This document shows, piece after piece, positions 1 through 9,490 of a stretch of 64,000 bases of DNA. The stretch's first letter is position 1; every line of letters starts with the position of its first letter. A program made the translations under genes and the position numbers. The notes beneath the pieces are model-generated. The model had not been told where the DNA came from. It saw nothing but the letters and a program-made list of their open reading frames with translations, and ran no database searches. The DNA is from Schmidtea polychroa. Its lineage: Eukaryota. Where the stretch lies: positions 128,588,001 to 128,652,000 of the forward strand of contig CM097886.1 in assembly GCA_044892525.1 (NCBI GenBank), read 5' to 3'.

Positions 1-3000
1 CCACTCTTGTTGTTTCCATTTCCGGATAATTTCACCAAATTGTTCAGGGTACCATACGTACACCCGTCGATATTCTTCAATCGCTTTAACGATTTTTCGT
101 AGGTTTTGAATCCTTTTGCATGATTCGGCTATCCATTTTGCTAGTTCTACCACCGCTCGTCGACGATTTTTCGCCCCGTTTTGTAATATCTCCATCAACT
201 CCTTACATTTTTGTGCTTCCAACAATGTTGCTGCTTCTTCCTCATCTGCGTCGGCGTCTATTGGTAGATGTCCTGAATCAGACACTCTTCTCCTCATCAT
301 ACAGATTCTCGGTTGATTTTCTGGTATGTTCAGTCGTTGGTTCATTTCTTGTTCTGTTTCAACTTCTACTCTGATCTGGATAGCATTGTTTTTCACAAAT
401 TTTGACTGCTCATTCTCAATGTAACTTAGACGTATTAATTTAGGTGTCCCAGAAGCGATATTTTCTGATGTTGTTGGTCGTTGATAGCAGGCGCTCCTTG
501 GATCTGGTTTCAATGTTTCTTTATGCATGTTAAGGCTATCTTTCAATGGTTCGATTGCTATCGTCACTTTTCTGCTAAACGGCCATGGTACCTTGTCGTC
601 ATAATTTCCTTTGCAGATGACGAAGAATGCCGACACATAATTTCCTTTACCTATCCCGTCTCCGTTCGGGTATATTCGCAATTTCATCTTGTACTCACCT
701 AATCCTGAGTAGAACGGTGGACTTACTAATCGTGTGATTTTCTCTTCCTTTGCTGATTTTATCTTTTCCATCCAATTCTCAATTTTCCACGTGAATGGTG
801 CTAACCTTACTGGTTCTCGTATCTCCTCATCTTCTCCTGATGGTAATTCATTTTGGAATTCTTGTGGTAATATATCCTGGTAAGTATCGATCGGTTTCTC
901 TCTTACCCATACTGCTGCGATCTCTTCGGGTATATTATCTATCCAATTTGGTTCCAACTTTTGCTGCTCCCAATCCCATCGAGCTTCACTTTCGATCCAC
1001 ACTTTTTTCCATGGTATCAGTTTGCAATCTTCGTCATTGAAGGCTGCTAGTTTTAGTTTATCATCCTTTAGCCAATGGTTATAAATATCTATTATTCGAT
1101 CCATCTTTGCCCTCATTCCCCATTGGAATCTTTTAATTTGTTGCTCGGTTTTCGTGGCGTTTTTGTGCCCACCAGATGGTTCATCCATCGCGATTATATT
1201 GATGACGGCTCCATCTTCCCAGATTCCTAGTTCGTAAATTACAGTTCGGTCTCCTCTTTCTAGCATGTGCCGGTTGTACATTATTATCACATCTTCGATC
1301 ATTCCATCCTCACTATTTTCTCGAGCTTTTTGGATGATCTCTTGATCTATGATTTGCACTAACTCGTCAACTTGGCAATCGGGATTAACTTCTATTATTT
1401 GTTTCTCTTCATTTGGCAACTTCACCTTTATTTTTATCGTTTCATGCTCGCATTTGGTTCTCTCGTATTCTCCGTATTTAGATATCAATTCTGTCGCTCG
1501 TTTGTCTTCGAATCTCATAATTTCCGTGTCTCGTACGTCTTTAACAAATTGTTTCATTAGTTGTGGCCATCTTTCTCTCAATCTATTAATGTATTTCCTT
1601 GTCTGATCGATAGCTTGTTTGACTAAGATTATTTGGTTTTCTTTCATTATTTTTCGTTCGATCTTTTCCAATTCTGGTTCTACTTCATTGTTAAACACTT
1701 GTTGGATTTTCTTGAACATCTCTGCTACCGAGTCGTCATCCCTGGTTTTCTCTAAGGTTAAGATGTTAGTTTCGTTTGGCCATATCATCGCATCTACCAA
1801 ATGTATGCCTATTTTAACTTTGTAACCATCGACATATAATTGTTTATTTTTATGGCTCGTTCCCATTTTTTCCTGTACCCAGTTGTACAGTTCATCGGTA
1901 TTTGTTCCTTTTAATTCGATAGTCTGTATCTGAATCTCGGGGTGTTGAATGCTTACTTGATATTGATCTGGGCCTGCTTCCTTTAGTTTCTCTTTATATT
2001 TTGTTGCTAAATCTTTCCATGCTGCCGTTATTATACCTCCTTCACACTGGTATACTTGAGTTATAAGTTTTAAGCATTTTCTGTATGTTAACTCGTTGAT
2101 GTAGTTCTCATTTCGCTCTATTTCTGTTACTGTGTCGAGAATTTCCTCGAATATCTCTTCTTCATCTTTTTCTATCATTGATTTCATGTCATCATTTTCA
2201 CTCTCCTCACTACTTTGAGGTGTTTCACTGTTTGGGGGTGTTTTCGGTTCGTTATTTACCTCACTTGACTGAAATAATTCGCCTCCCAGGCTACTCACCT
2301 CACTTTTCTCATCTTCCTGATCCGTCTGATCGCTCCGCATTTGTCTCAGCATGTTTATTTTAGCTTTGGTATGTGGTTCCTTCTTTTCAAACCACTCATT
2401 TTTCCTGAACCAATGCTCTTTCACTTTTTCTTTTATTTGTTCCTCAGTTAATGTAGGATTTTCGTTTTTGATTCTGTCTTCGATTTTTTGTAGTAGTACC
2501 CTCTGAATTCGATTTTTTGTAATTATCTCATTGCTTTTTGGTTCGTCTTTACTCTCATCTCTCTTTTGTCTCCTTTCTTTCTCCTCTTTGGTAAATTCTT
2601 TAATCAATTGTATTTTCTCTTCACTGCTCAATTCTGTTCGTGGATCAATCTCATCTTCTTTTGTCGTTTTTATCTCCTTGTTTATTATCGGTTCACTCCC
2701 GTCGTTGTTAACACACTGCTCCGCAGTGTGCGATTCCTCTTTATTTGTTAATCTCATCATATTTATTCTTCCGGGATTCGCTTCCCGTTGTTTCCATCTT
2801 TCTTGAATTTCTCTGGCTTCCTCGTTTTGTAATCTTTGCCATTCGACTCGTTGCTGATCTTGTTGTTGCTTACTTGGTTGGTTCCGGATTTCCTCGGTGC
2901 TCTGCATCATGTTGATTCGTTGTTGTTGGTTATTAGTCGGTATTCGCAGGATCATATCTTTTAATTGTTCGATTTCCTGCATGAGGTTGATTTGTGTGTT

Positions 3001-4032
3001 CTGAACTGGATTGTTTGATCCTGGTTGATTTGGTTTGGTTCTCATCGTGCATTCTCTTGCCATGTGTCCAGGCTGATTACAATTGTAGCAGGTTCTGGTT
3101 CCTCCTCTGCTCATAGACATCATGGGTCCTCTGCAGACATTTTCCGTGTGGCCTCTTCTCCCACACTTTTGACACATCCTTGCTTTATAACATTCATTGC
3201 TCCAATGCCCTGGTCGTTGGCATATGTTGCACGTTCGATTGTTGATGTCGTTGTTCCTGAAATTATTAGTAAAATTTTGAATATTACCTCCATTGTTTTG
3301 GTTTCTTGTTTGTGGAGTTTTGAACAACTGTTGCGATCCTGGGATGAATTGATTCATTACTGGATTTGCATTATTGACTTGGTTGTTTGTGGTTGTTGCT
3401 GTTGCCGCTGGAGCTGCTGGAGCTGCTGTCATTGCTGCTACTTGTATTGGTGTTAAGTAGGTTTCACATTTGTTAGCGATTTTTAGTGCTTCTTCCAGCG
3501 TCTCTGGTGCTCGGCATCCCAAGGTTGCTCGTATATCCTCTCGTTTCATGCCATCTACGAATACGGCTATTATTTTGTCTTCCGGAACTGGTTGATTTGA
3601 ATCGAAGGCTTCTCGTGCTAGTCGTCTCAATTCGCATGCGTACAGTGCGTTGGATTCGTTATATTTCTGCTTTCGATGCAGAAAGTCTAACATTTTTCGA
3701 TTTCCCTCTTTTTCGGTACCGAATGTTTTTATTAAAAATTCCTTGATCTCTTTCCACGTTCTCAACTTAGTTGCATCACATTTCGCCTCCAAGTATACAT
3801 CTTGGGCGCTTCCCTTTAGATATAGGGGTATTCGTTCTCGTACGACTATGTCTGGCCAGTGACATATCGTAATGTATACTTCGAATTCCTTTATAAACGT
3901 TTCCAGCTGGTTTATATTTCCATCGAATGGCTCTCCTCGAAATTTCTCTCTGAATTCTCCAATGTTGACGTGCACATTACTTGTTTCCGGTGGGTCCGTT
4001 AGCCCTGTTACATTTGGAATTCCGTCTGTCAT
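1..4032 (-). CDS. gag: Gag-cargo polyprotein, 3'-partial (>=1344 aa): capsid-like Gag, 3x CCHC, 2 ubiquitin-like domains, TRAF-type MATH
   Basis: Hand translation shows the frame open from 4341 to 1, with the first ATG at 4032 (MTDGIPNV). Gag core FDGNINQLETFIKEFE...LYLKGSAQDVY...TWKEIKEFLIKTF lies at ~3930-3450. Knuckles CNICQRPGHWSNEC, CQKCGRRGHTENVC and CYNCNQPGHMAREC lie at 3231-3049. MATH PFTWKIENW...VSPPFYSG...YKMKLRIYPNGDGIGKGNYVSAFFVICKGNYDDKVPWPFSRKVTI...FVKNNAIQIRVEV lies at 798-358. Confidence 0.92.
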   Translation of the reverse strand, partial: MTDGIPNVTGLTDPPETSNVHVNIGEFREKFRGEPFDGNINQLETFIKEFEVYITICHWPDIVVRERIPLYLKGSAQDVYLEAKCDATKLRTWKEIKEFLIKTFGTEKEGNRKMLDFLHRKQKYNESNALYACELRRLAREAFDSNQPVPEDKIIAVFVDGMKREDIRATLGCRAPETLEEALKIANKCETYLTPIQVAAMTAAPAAPAATATTTNNQVNNANPVMNQFIPGSQQLFKTPQTRNQNNGGNIQNFTNNFRNNDINNRTCNICQRPGHWSNECYKARMCQKCGRRGHTENVCRGPMMSMSRGGTRTCYNCNQPGHMARECTMRTKPNQPGSNNPVQNTQINLMQEIEQLKDMILRIPTNNQQQRINMMQSTEEIRNQPSKQQQDQQRVEWQRLQNEEAREIQERWKQREANPGRINMMRLTNKEESHTAEQCVNNDGSEPIINKEIKTTKEDEIDPRTELSSEEKIQLIKEFTKEEKERRQKRDESKDEPKSNEIITKNRIQRVLLQKIEDRIKNENPTLTEEQIKEKVKEHWFRKNEWFEKKEPHTKAKINMLRQMRSDQTDQEDEKSEVSSLGGELFQSSEVNNEPKTPPNSETPQSSEESENDDMKSMIEKDEEEIFEEILDTVTEIERNENYINELTYRKCLKLITQVYQCEGGIITAAWKDLATKYKEKLKEAGPDQYQVSIQHPEIQIQTIELKGTNTDELYNWVQEKMGTSHKNKQLYVDGYKVKIGIHLVDAMIWPNETNILTLEKTRDDDSVAEMFKKIQQVFNNEVEPELEKIERKIMKENQIILVKQAIDQTRKYINRLRERWPQLMKQFVKDVRDTEIMRFEDKRATELISKYGEYERTKCEHETIKIKVKLPNEEKQIIEVNPDCQVDELVQIIDQEIIQKARENSEDGMIEDVIIMYNRHMLERGDRTVIYELGIWEDGAVINIIAMDEPSGGHKNATKTEQQIKRFQWGMRAKMDRIIDIYNHWLKDDKLKLAAFNDEDCKLIPWKKVWIESEARWDWEQQKLEPNWIDNIPEEIAAVWVREKPIDTYQDILPQEFQNELPSGEDEEIREPVRLAPFTWKIENWMEKIKSAKEEKITRLVSPPFYSGLGEYKMKLRIYPNGDGIGKGNYVSAFFVICKGNYDDKVPWPFSRKVTIAIEPLKDSLNMHKETLKPDPRSACYQRPTTSENIASGTPKLIRLSYIENEQSKFVKNNAIQIRVEVETEQEMNQRLNIPENQPRICMMRRRVSDSGHLPIDADADEEEAATLLEAQKCKELMEILQNGAKNRRRAVVELAKWIAESCKRIQNLRKIVKAIEEYRRVYVWYPEQFGEIIRKWKQQEW

Positions 4033-5123
4033 TATTTCTTGACACAAAATTGTTATATTGGTTGACTCTGAACTATTTCCTTCCTCGTCTGATGATTCAA
4101 TGTCACTTATCGGATCTAGTTCGGTTCGTTTAAGATCGTCGCTGTTCTCAAATTCGTTTGTTAAACTGTCTGATTCAAATACTGTTTCTACTGATGCTGG
4201 CTTCCTGTGTAGTTTTCTGTTGGTCTTGGCCTTTTGTATCTCTTCCTTTTCCAATAAACTGAGGTTTCCTTTACTTTTTCGCCTCGTTCGGTTAGCTATG
4301 CTATCAATTTTTCCTCCTTTTAATATCCTTTGATAAATTTTCTACTTTGTCAATCGAGCTCGATGTTTTCTAAGTATTTTTCTCGCTTTAATCTTTACGA
4401 TTCTCTAACTCTTCTTGGATTTGGTTTTATTAATTTCCTTGATTCTTCTCTTCTAATTGATTTCTCTATATCTCTTGATTTCTATTGCTTTCTTGATTTC
4501 TTTGATTTCTTTCTGAATTGTTTGCTTTATTCTAGAATAATTAACACCTCTAGTACATATCATAAATTCTCTTTATTAAACCCTTCATTTACTTTCCCTT
4601 TTCCCTTTATTTTACTGTCCCTTCGCTTCAAATTTTCTAGCTTTTCTACACTTCTCGCTATTCGCCCCATTTTGATTTTAAGTTGATTTTAAATTATCTA
4701 TAACTCGTATCAATTATCTATATAGTCGTATCAATTATCTATCCCTTTTATTATTATCATAGAAATATAATATTAATCACATAAATATCAAAATAAACAT
4801 ATCATTAATAAATAAAATTCAATAATTCAACTACTATCTATTCGTTCGCTTTTCCCCATCCAAAAACTGGTTTAATTTTCGCTTGCGCCGGCGCTTTATC
4901 ATAATTCTCCTCTACTCATTACATATTTATCGCACTTAATCTATTTCAGTTTAATCAATTTCATAGTTAATCATTGATGCTTTGGTTCGCGCGACCTCTA
5001 CATCCACCTTTATTTACCATCGGCTCTCTGGCCGGTTTGTTCAACTCCTTTATTTTCATTTAAATCATTTCACTCAATCACCATCGGCTCCTTGGCCGGT
5101 TTAATCAACTCATTTTAATCTCA

Positions 5124-5433
5124 TGAAGTCTTTTACGACTCCTAGACGCCTGGGCTTTTACACCATTACGCCATATAATCTACTATTACCCATCAACGCT
5201 TTGGTTTGTTAGACCTCCGCGTCGGCATCGGCTTCCGGCCGGTTTAATCAAAATTGAAGTCTTTTACGACTCCTAGACGCCTGGGCTTTTACACCATTAC
5301 GCCATATACTCTACTATTACCCATCAACGCTTTGGTTTGTTAGACCTCCGCGTCGGCATCGGCTTCCGGCCGGTTTAATCAAAATTGAAGTCTTTTACGA
5401 CTCCTAGACGCCTGGGCTTTTACACCATTACGC
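5124..5433. repeat. 131 bp tandem repeat (~2.4 copies) in the retroelement leader
   Basis: The unit TGAAGTCTTTTACGACTCC...GGCTTCCGGCCGGTTTAATCAAAAT restarts at 5124, 5255 and 5386, and the copies are nearly identical. Confidence 0.95.
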
Positions 5434-6840
5434 CGTATTCGCGGTCTTCGGTCCCTGACCGGTTTCAAATGCCCTAAATGAGGTTTCTTCAACCCCCAGA
5501 CGCCTTCGGTTTTAACACCTACTATCGTCCCTACCGCGATTAAATTGAGTTGACAGTTGACTTTCGGGCTAATCAAAAATTCGAGGCTCCTCCTACTCCA
5601 ACTCTTAATCTGCTGAGGCCTCACAACTGGCTCAATTCTTGGCCGCTTATTGAAAAGAGTCTAATACCGGTAACTCTAATCTCATCGCCGTTTCACTGGG
5701 CCTATCGGTACTCGGTGTGGGCATCCGGGTTTTGTACCGATCCCTGCTAGCAATAATCACGAAGAAAAAACATCCTATCTATCAGGATTTAAAAAACACG
5801 GAAATGCCTAATCGCCTTGATCGTGATTCTCAAAAGTGATGAACCAGATCTCCCGACTAGTGAAGCTAAAAGGAAATTGGGTATGCAGTTGACTCTCGGT
5901 CTCCCGCCTCACAACTGGTCCAATCTTGGTTGCCTGTTGAGTACGAGTTCTTTACCGGTTGACTCGCATCTCACAACCGTTTCACTGGGCTCCTTGATAC
6001 TCGGTGTAGGTAACTGGGTCTCTCTCGCTCGCTACCCTTCCGGGTTTTTGTATCAAGTCCCGCTAGCAACTCAAAAAGTGCGCCCAATACTCGGTGTGGC
6101 ATCCGGGTTTTTGTATTGGGTGATCCAGCATCATCAGTCCCTTGGCCGATAATCTCCTGGACACTACAGTCCGGTGGTTAGCCGCTGTACTCGGGTGCCT
6201 CATCACTCGCTAGGGAAAATCATTATTCTCATCTGATTTGAAGTCCAAAAACGGTTTCTTCAAATCCGCAGCTGCTCTCGGATTAAATTTTTAACATTTA
6301 GCGCGCGTTTTTCAATTTTTATTTTATTTTTCTATTTTTATTCACCCTTTTAGTTAGTCCCCGTCTCCCAGACAAAAAAATATAATAATCGCGTTGGTTC
6401 GTTTCCCACAAGTGGTGATCAGTCACTGGACAGAAACTCCCCAACATTTGCGATGGATCCTACTACATTCTCTCATCAGGGTGATCAGGATTTCCCCATC
6501 CGGGCAAGTGTCGTAAGGACGATTCACTTGTCATCCCCTCATTATCGTATCTCTTTATGCCAAAATAACAAACAGGAAGAAAAGAAAATTGGAAATAAAA
6601 ATCGTACTGATCTTAGCGATCAGCTCATTCATACGACTATGATCAGTCCTGCATTCAACTTTGATTTTAGTTCTAATTGCTGTGTTGCTTGTCTATTTAT
6701 TTAACGTATTTTGTGTCCTTTATATGTCTATGTTCATCGTATGTTTTACACCTTTCGGTTGCTATAATGGATTTTTAATATAATTTACTAATTTTATCAC
6801 TTCATATTCATTCACAAGAAATTTATTTGACAACATCTCC

Positions 6841-7323
6841 TTATGGGAGGTATATTACAATTTTCTCTCTAACATTCGTATCGCATACGTTGCATCGTTT
6901 AATTTTCTCTACGCAATTCTCGCAGTAGCATAAATGACCACATGGAATCGTCATTACTCGTATTTCATTGGTTCTGCATATGAAGCATTTTCTAAAATCT
7001 TTAACTTGATGTTCGATTGCTTCTTTAATTTCTTCCTCGATCGTTTCCATTTTTATCATTATCTCCTGCCATTTGATGTTAAATTTGGCATTGTCTAATC
7101 GTAAATTTTGAAGTTGATAAACTCTTTTAGTGGTCAATTCTGCATTAGGTGTCGCTATTTTCATCATTACGCATATTTCCTCAGCTTGCGGTCTTGGATT
7201 CAAGCTCATCTCATCTTGGATTTTTATCAACTGGTCCGCTTTGCGATTTAGCCGTTGTAACGAATTGTGTGTTAAATCTACGAATTTTTCGAGTCTCTTT
7301 GTAATGTAGCCGGTTGATTCCAT
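6841..7323 (-). CDS. Coiled-coil plus C-terminal IAP/MDM2-type C3HC4 RING protein (putative E3 ligase), 160 aa
   Basis: The C-terminus CFICRTNEIRVMTIPCGHLCYCENCVEKIKRCNVCDTNVREKIVIYLP matches the terminal RING pattern of IAPs, including the hydrophobic tail. ATG start, TAA stop, same strand as gag. No BIR domain seen. Confidence 0.88.
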   Translation of the reverse strand: MESTGYITKRLEKFVDLTHNSLQRLNRKADQLIKIQDEMSLNPRPQAEEICVMMKIATPNAELTTKRVYQLQNLRLDNAKFNIKWQEIMIKMETIEEEIKEAIEHQVKDFRKCFICRTNEIRVMTIPCGHLCYCENCVEKIKRCNVCDTNVREKIVIYLP

Positions 7324-8019
7324 CTAATTAAGATTTATTAATTAAAGTTCTCTTTTTATTAATATTCCGCGTCATTTTCCCCCTTTATCGTTTTCCCCCT
7401 AGTATCCAGAATACCTTATTTTATTAGTGCTTCGATAAACCTTTACATTCTACTTATTACCCTTAACAACCCCGTCTCCCTCTGTTTAATGCTTTATTCC
7501 GCGCAAATTTCTTTCATGATCTTGTGATTTTATTACAATCGTTTTAATTATATATAACCCATATCCCATTCCTTATCGCCATATTTTACACGTTTTCTGA
7601 TTAAGTTTAATTTCATGGTTCATTTGTTCTATCTTTATTAGCGTGCTATCCCCCCTTTTCCCTATTTTTAAATTTTTATTATTTCCTTATATTTACATTT
7701 TATTAATCGTTGATATTTACAATTTTATTATAATTTGTTTTCGTTTTAATTTTCGTTTATCCTCATTCATTCTATTACTGAGTTATTCGTACAGCATTCT
7801 CATACTCACTTTCAATACATCCATATGTCGTCATACTTTAAAACTTCCATCACTCATTTAAACATTTCACATACATTTTATCATATTCACATATCCATGT
7901 ACTAAGTTTAAGGGTTTGGGAAAACAATTTGCTCAATCTTGAATGCATATTACTTTATATCAGCTTTTACTCTCTCCATTATATCTATTCTCGGGTTCTT
8001 TCACCAATTAAATTTGCAA

Positions 8020-8037
8020 ATCCCGGCTGAGCCCCCA
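8020..8037 (-). promoter_or_regulatory. Primer-binding site, tRNA-Pro
   Basis: Minus strand reads TGGGGGCTCAGCCGGGAT versus the canonical Pro PBS TGGGGGCTCGTCCGGGAT (16/18). It lies 4 nt from the LTR-terminal CA. Confidence 0.9.
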
Positions 8038-8443
8038 AATTTGTATGGTGGGTTACTGGTGGTTGAATGATTGAGTGCTGTTACCAGCGTAACCCAAAAT
8101 ACAACATTGTTTTTCCGCTTGGTACCCGTTGAGTGATCAACGTTGGTACTGTACCAAGGGTTGAGTACTCGCAAAAAGTGAGCGCATCAAAGCACTATAG
8201 TTGTCGAGTACTCCGTGGGTTCACGGACTACCGATAGAAGGTGTGTGTCCGATTTCTCAGGTCCCTTTATCAAAATTGTTTTCCCAACCTTATGCACAAA
8301 CTCTCATTTCCCAGGCAATCATAAACTGTACTAGTCATTATTTTATCACTACAAAACGTGCAGTATTTTAACAAGGAACATATTATTTGAAGACTACCAC
8401 AATACATAAAAATACTACAAAACACCTAAAACCGAATATAAGT

Positions 8444-8902
8444 TCAAACAGGCTTATTGGTAGGACTGGCCAATTTCGTCGCAGCTGCTAGTGACAAATT
8501 TGCTTGTCGCTCGTATTCGGCCAGTCTAGCTTTCTTCAATTTTTCCCGAATATTTCGGCCTAACCGCTTTCTTTTGGGTTTCTCTTTCGCGGCCGGGGGG
8601 TATATTGCTGCTAGTTCCACGGTCAACGGCCGGATTTGGCTTATGGCGGCTCCGTGAACTACTTGTTCATTTCGCTCGGTTTCTAGCGCGCGGAGCTGGA
8701 GCTTCAGTGCCCGGATCTCCATCTGATCCTGCGCGGCTTGAGTCTGCAGTTGAAGGACCTGCGCCACCTTCCTTTTCATATCCTCGGGACTAAACCAGGT
8801 GCTTTCTAGTTCCCGGCACCGTCCCTTGAGCTTGTCTACTCGTATGCGGAGCTCCTCGGACTGTTTTTGAGCTTCTGCCCTATCTCTTCGCAGATTTTCC
8901 AT
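8444..8902 (-). CDS. LTR-encoded coiled-coil protein with TWFSP motif and basic NLS-like tail (ORF-B)
   Basis: GC-rich ORF, ATG at 8902 (the track starts at GTG 8914). LESTWFSPEDMKRKVAQVLQLQ and PKRKRLGR align with YEGTWFSPPQMKEERSKVLRLE and RKRKRLTR in ORF 48191-48952. Confidence 0.8.
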   Translation of the reverse strand: MENLRRDRAEAQKQSEELRIRVDKLKGRCRELESTWFSPEDMKRKVAQVLQLQTQAAQDQMEIRALKLQLRALETERNEQVVHGAAISQIRPLTVELAAIYPPAAKEKPKRKRLGRNIREKLKKARLAEYERQANLSLAAATKLASPTNKPV

Positions 8903-9124
8903 TAGTCTGAACACTAGATAAATTCAGCGATTATATTCTTGCAGCATACTATTCATTCAATTATAAAATAAAATCAATATTATAAATAAACATAGTTTCG
9001 GATGTTAAGCACGCAATACACAAGATGATTTATTAAAAGGACTGAAATAATTATCACTAAAATCAAAGTTTAATAAAATCGCAACTGAATGTTAATTTGC
9101 AAAAAACAAAATTTTGACGATGAG

Positions 9125-9490
9125 TCAGTTCAGTCGCTTGCGAGGCCTTCCCCTCTTCCGCGGGGTTGCCTCGGCCTCTTCTAGGTCCTCCACGGTTTTT
9201 CCCTCTTTTTCTGCTTGGATTTGTAGCTCGATCTTCTTGAGTCGCATCTGAGCTGCTTCTACCTCGATGGCCGCTCGGTCGCGGGCCTCTTGCAAAAAAT
9301 CGTTTGTGGGCTCTGTTTTTACCCACGCCGGAGCGTCCGGCTCCGGCCCACTCCTGATTACTGGGCCAAAGTTGTCGAGGTCCAAACCCCGATTCCAATC
9401 ATGGATACGGTGCCATATGTACCGTGTACGGAGTCTGGTAAGCATCTGTCGGTCGGCTTCTTCGTGGCTATCGCTGTCAGAGTAGGACAT
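9125..9490 (-). CDS. LTR-encoded 121 aa protein with C-terminal AT-hook (ORF-A)
   Basis: GC-rich ORF in an AT-rich context with a helical middle, ending TPRKRGRPRKRLN (AT-hook core RGRP). Confidence 0.72.
   Translation of the reverse strand: MSYSDSDSHEEADRQMLTRLRTRYIWHRIHDWNRGLDLDNFGPVIRSGPEPDAPAWVKTEPTNDFLQEARDRAAIEVEAAQMRLKKIELQIQAEKEGKTVEDLEEAEATPRKRGRPRKRLN

Noticed and set aside
4342-4562. TAG reassignment suggested by repeated in-frame TAGs
   Set aside because: RFX and the long polyprotein contain no internal TAG, so there is no support for a variant code.
116-4686. Many plus-strand ORFs rich in F/S/L
   Set aside because: They are antisense shadows of the purine-rich minus-strand polyprotein.
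5124-5433. CRISPR-like array
   Set aside because: Contiguous tandem units with no unique spacers, in a eukaryotic context with no cas genes.
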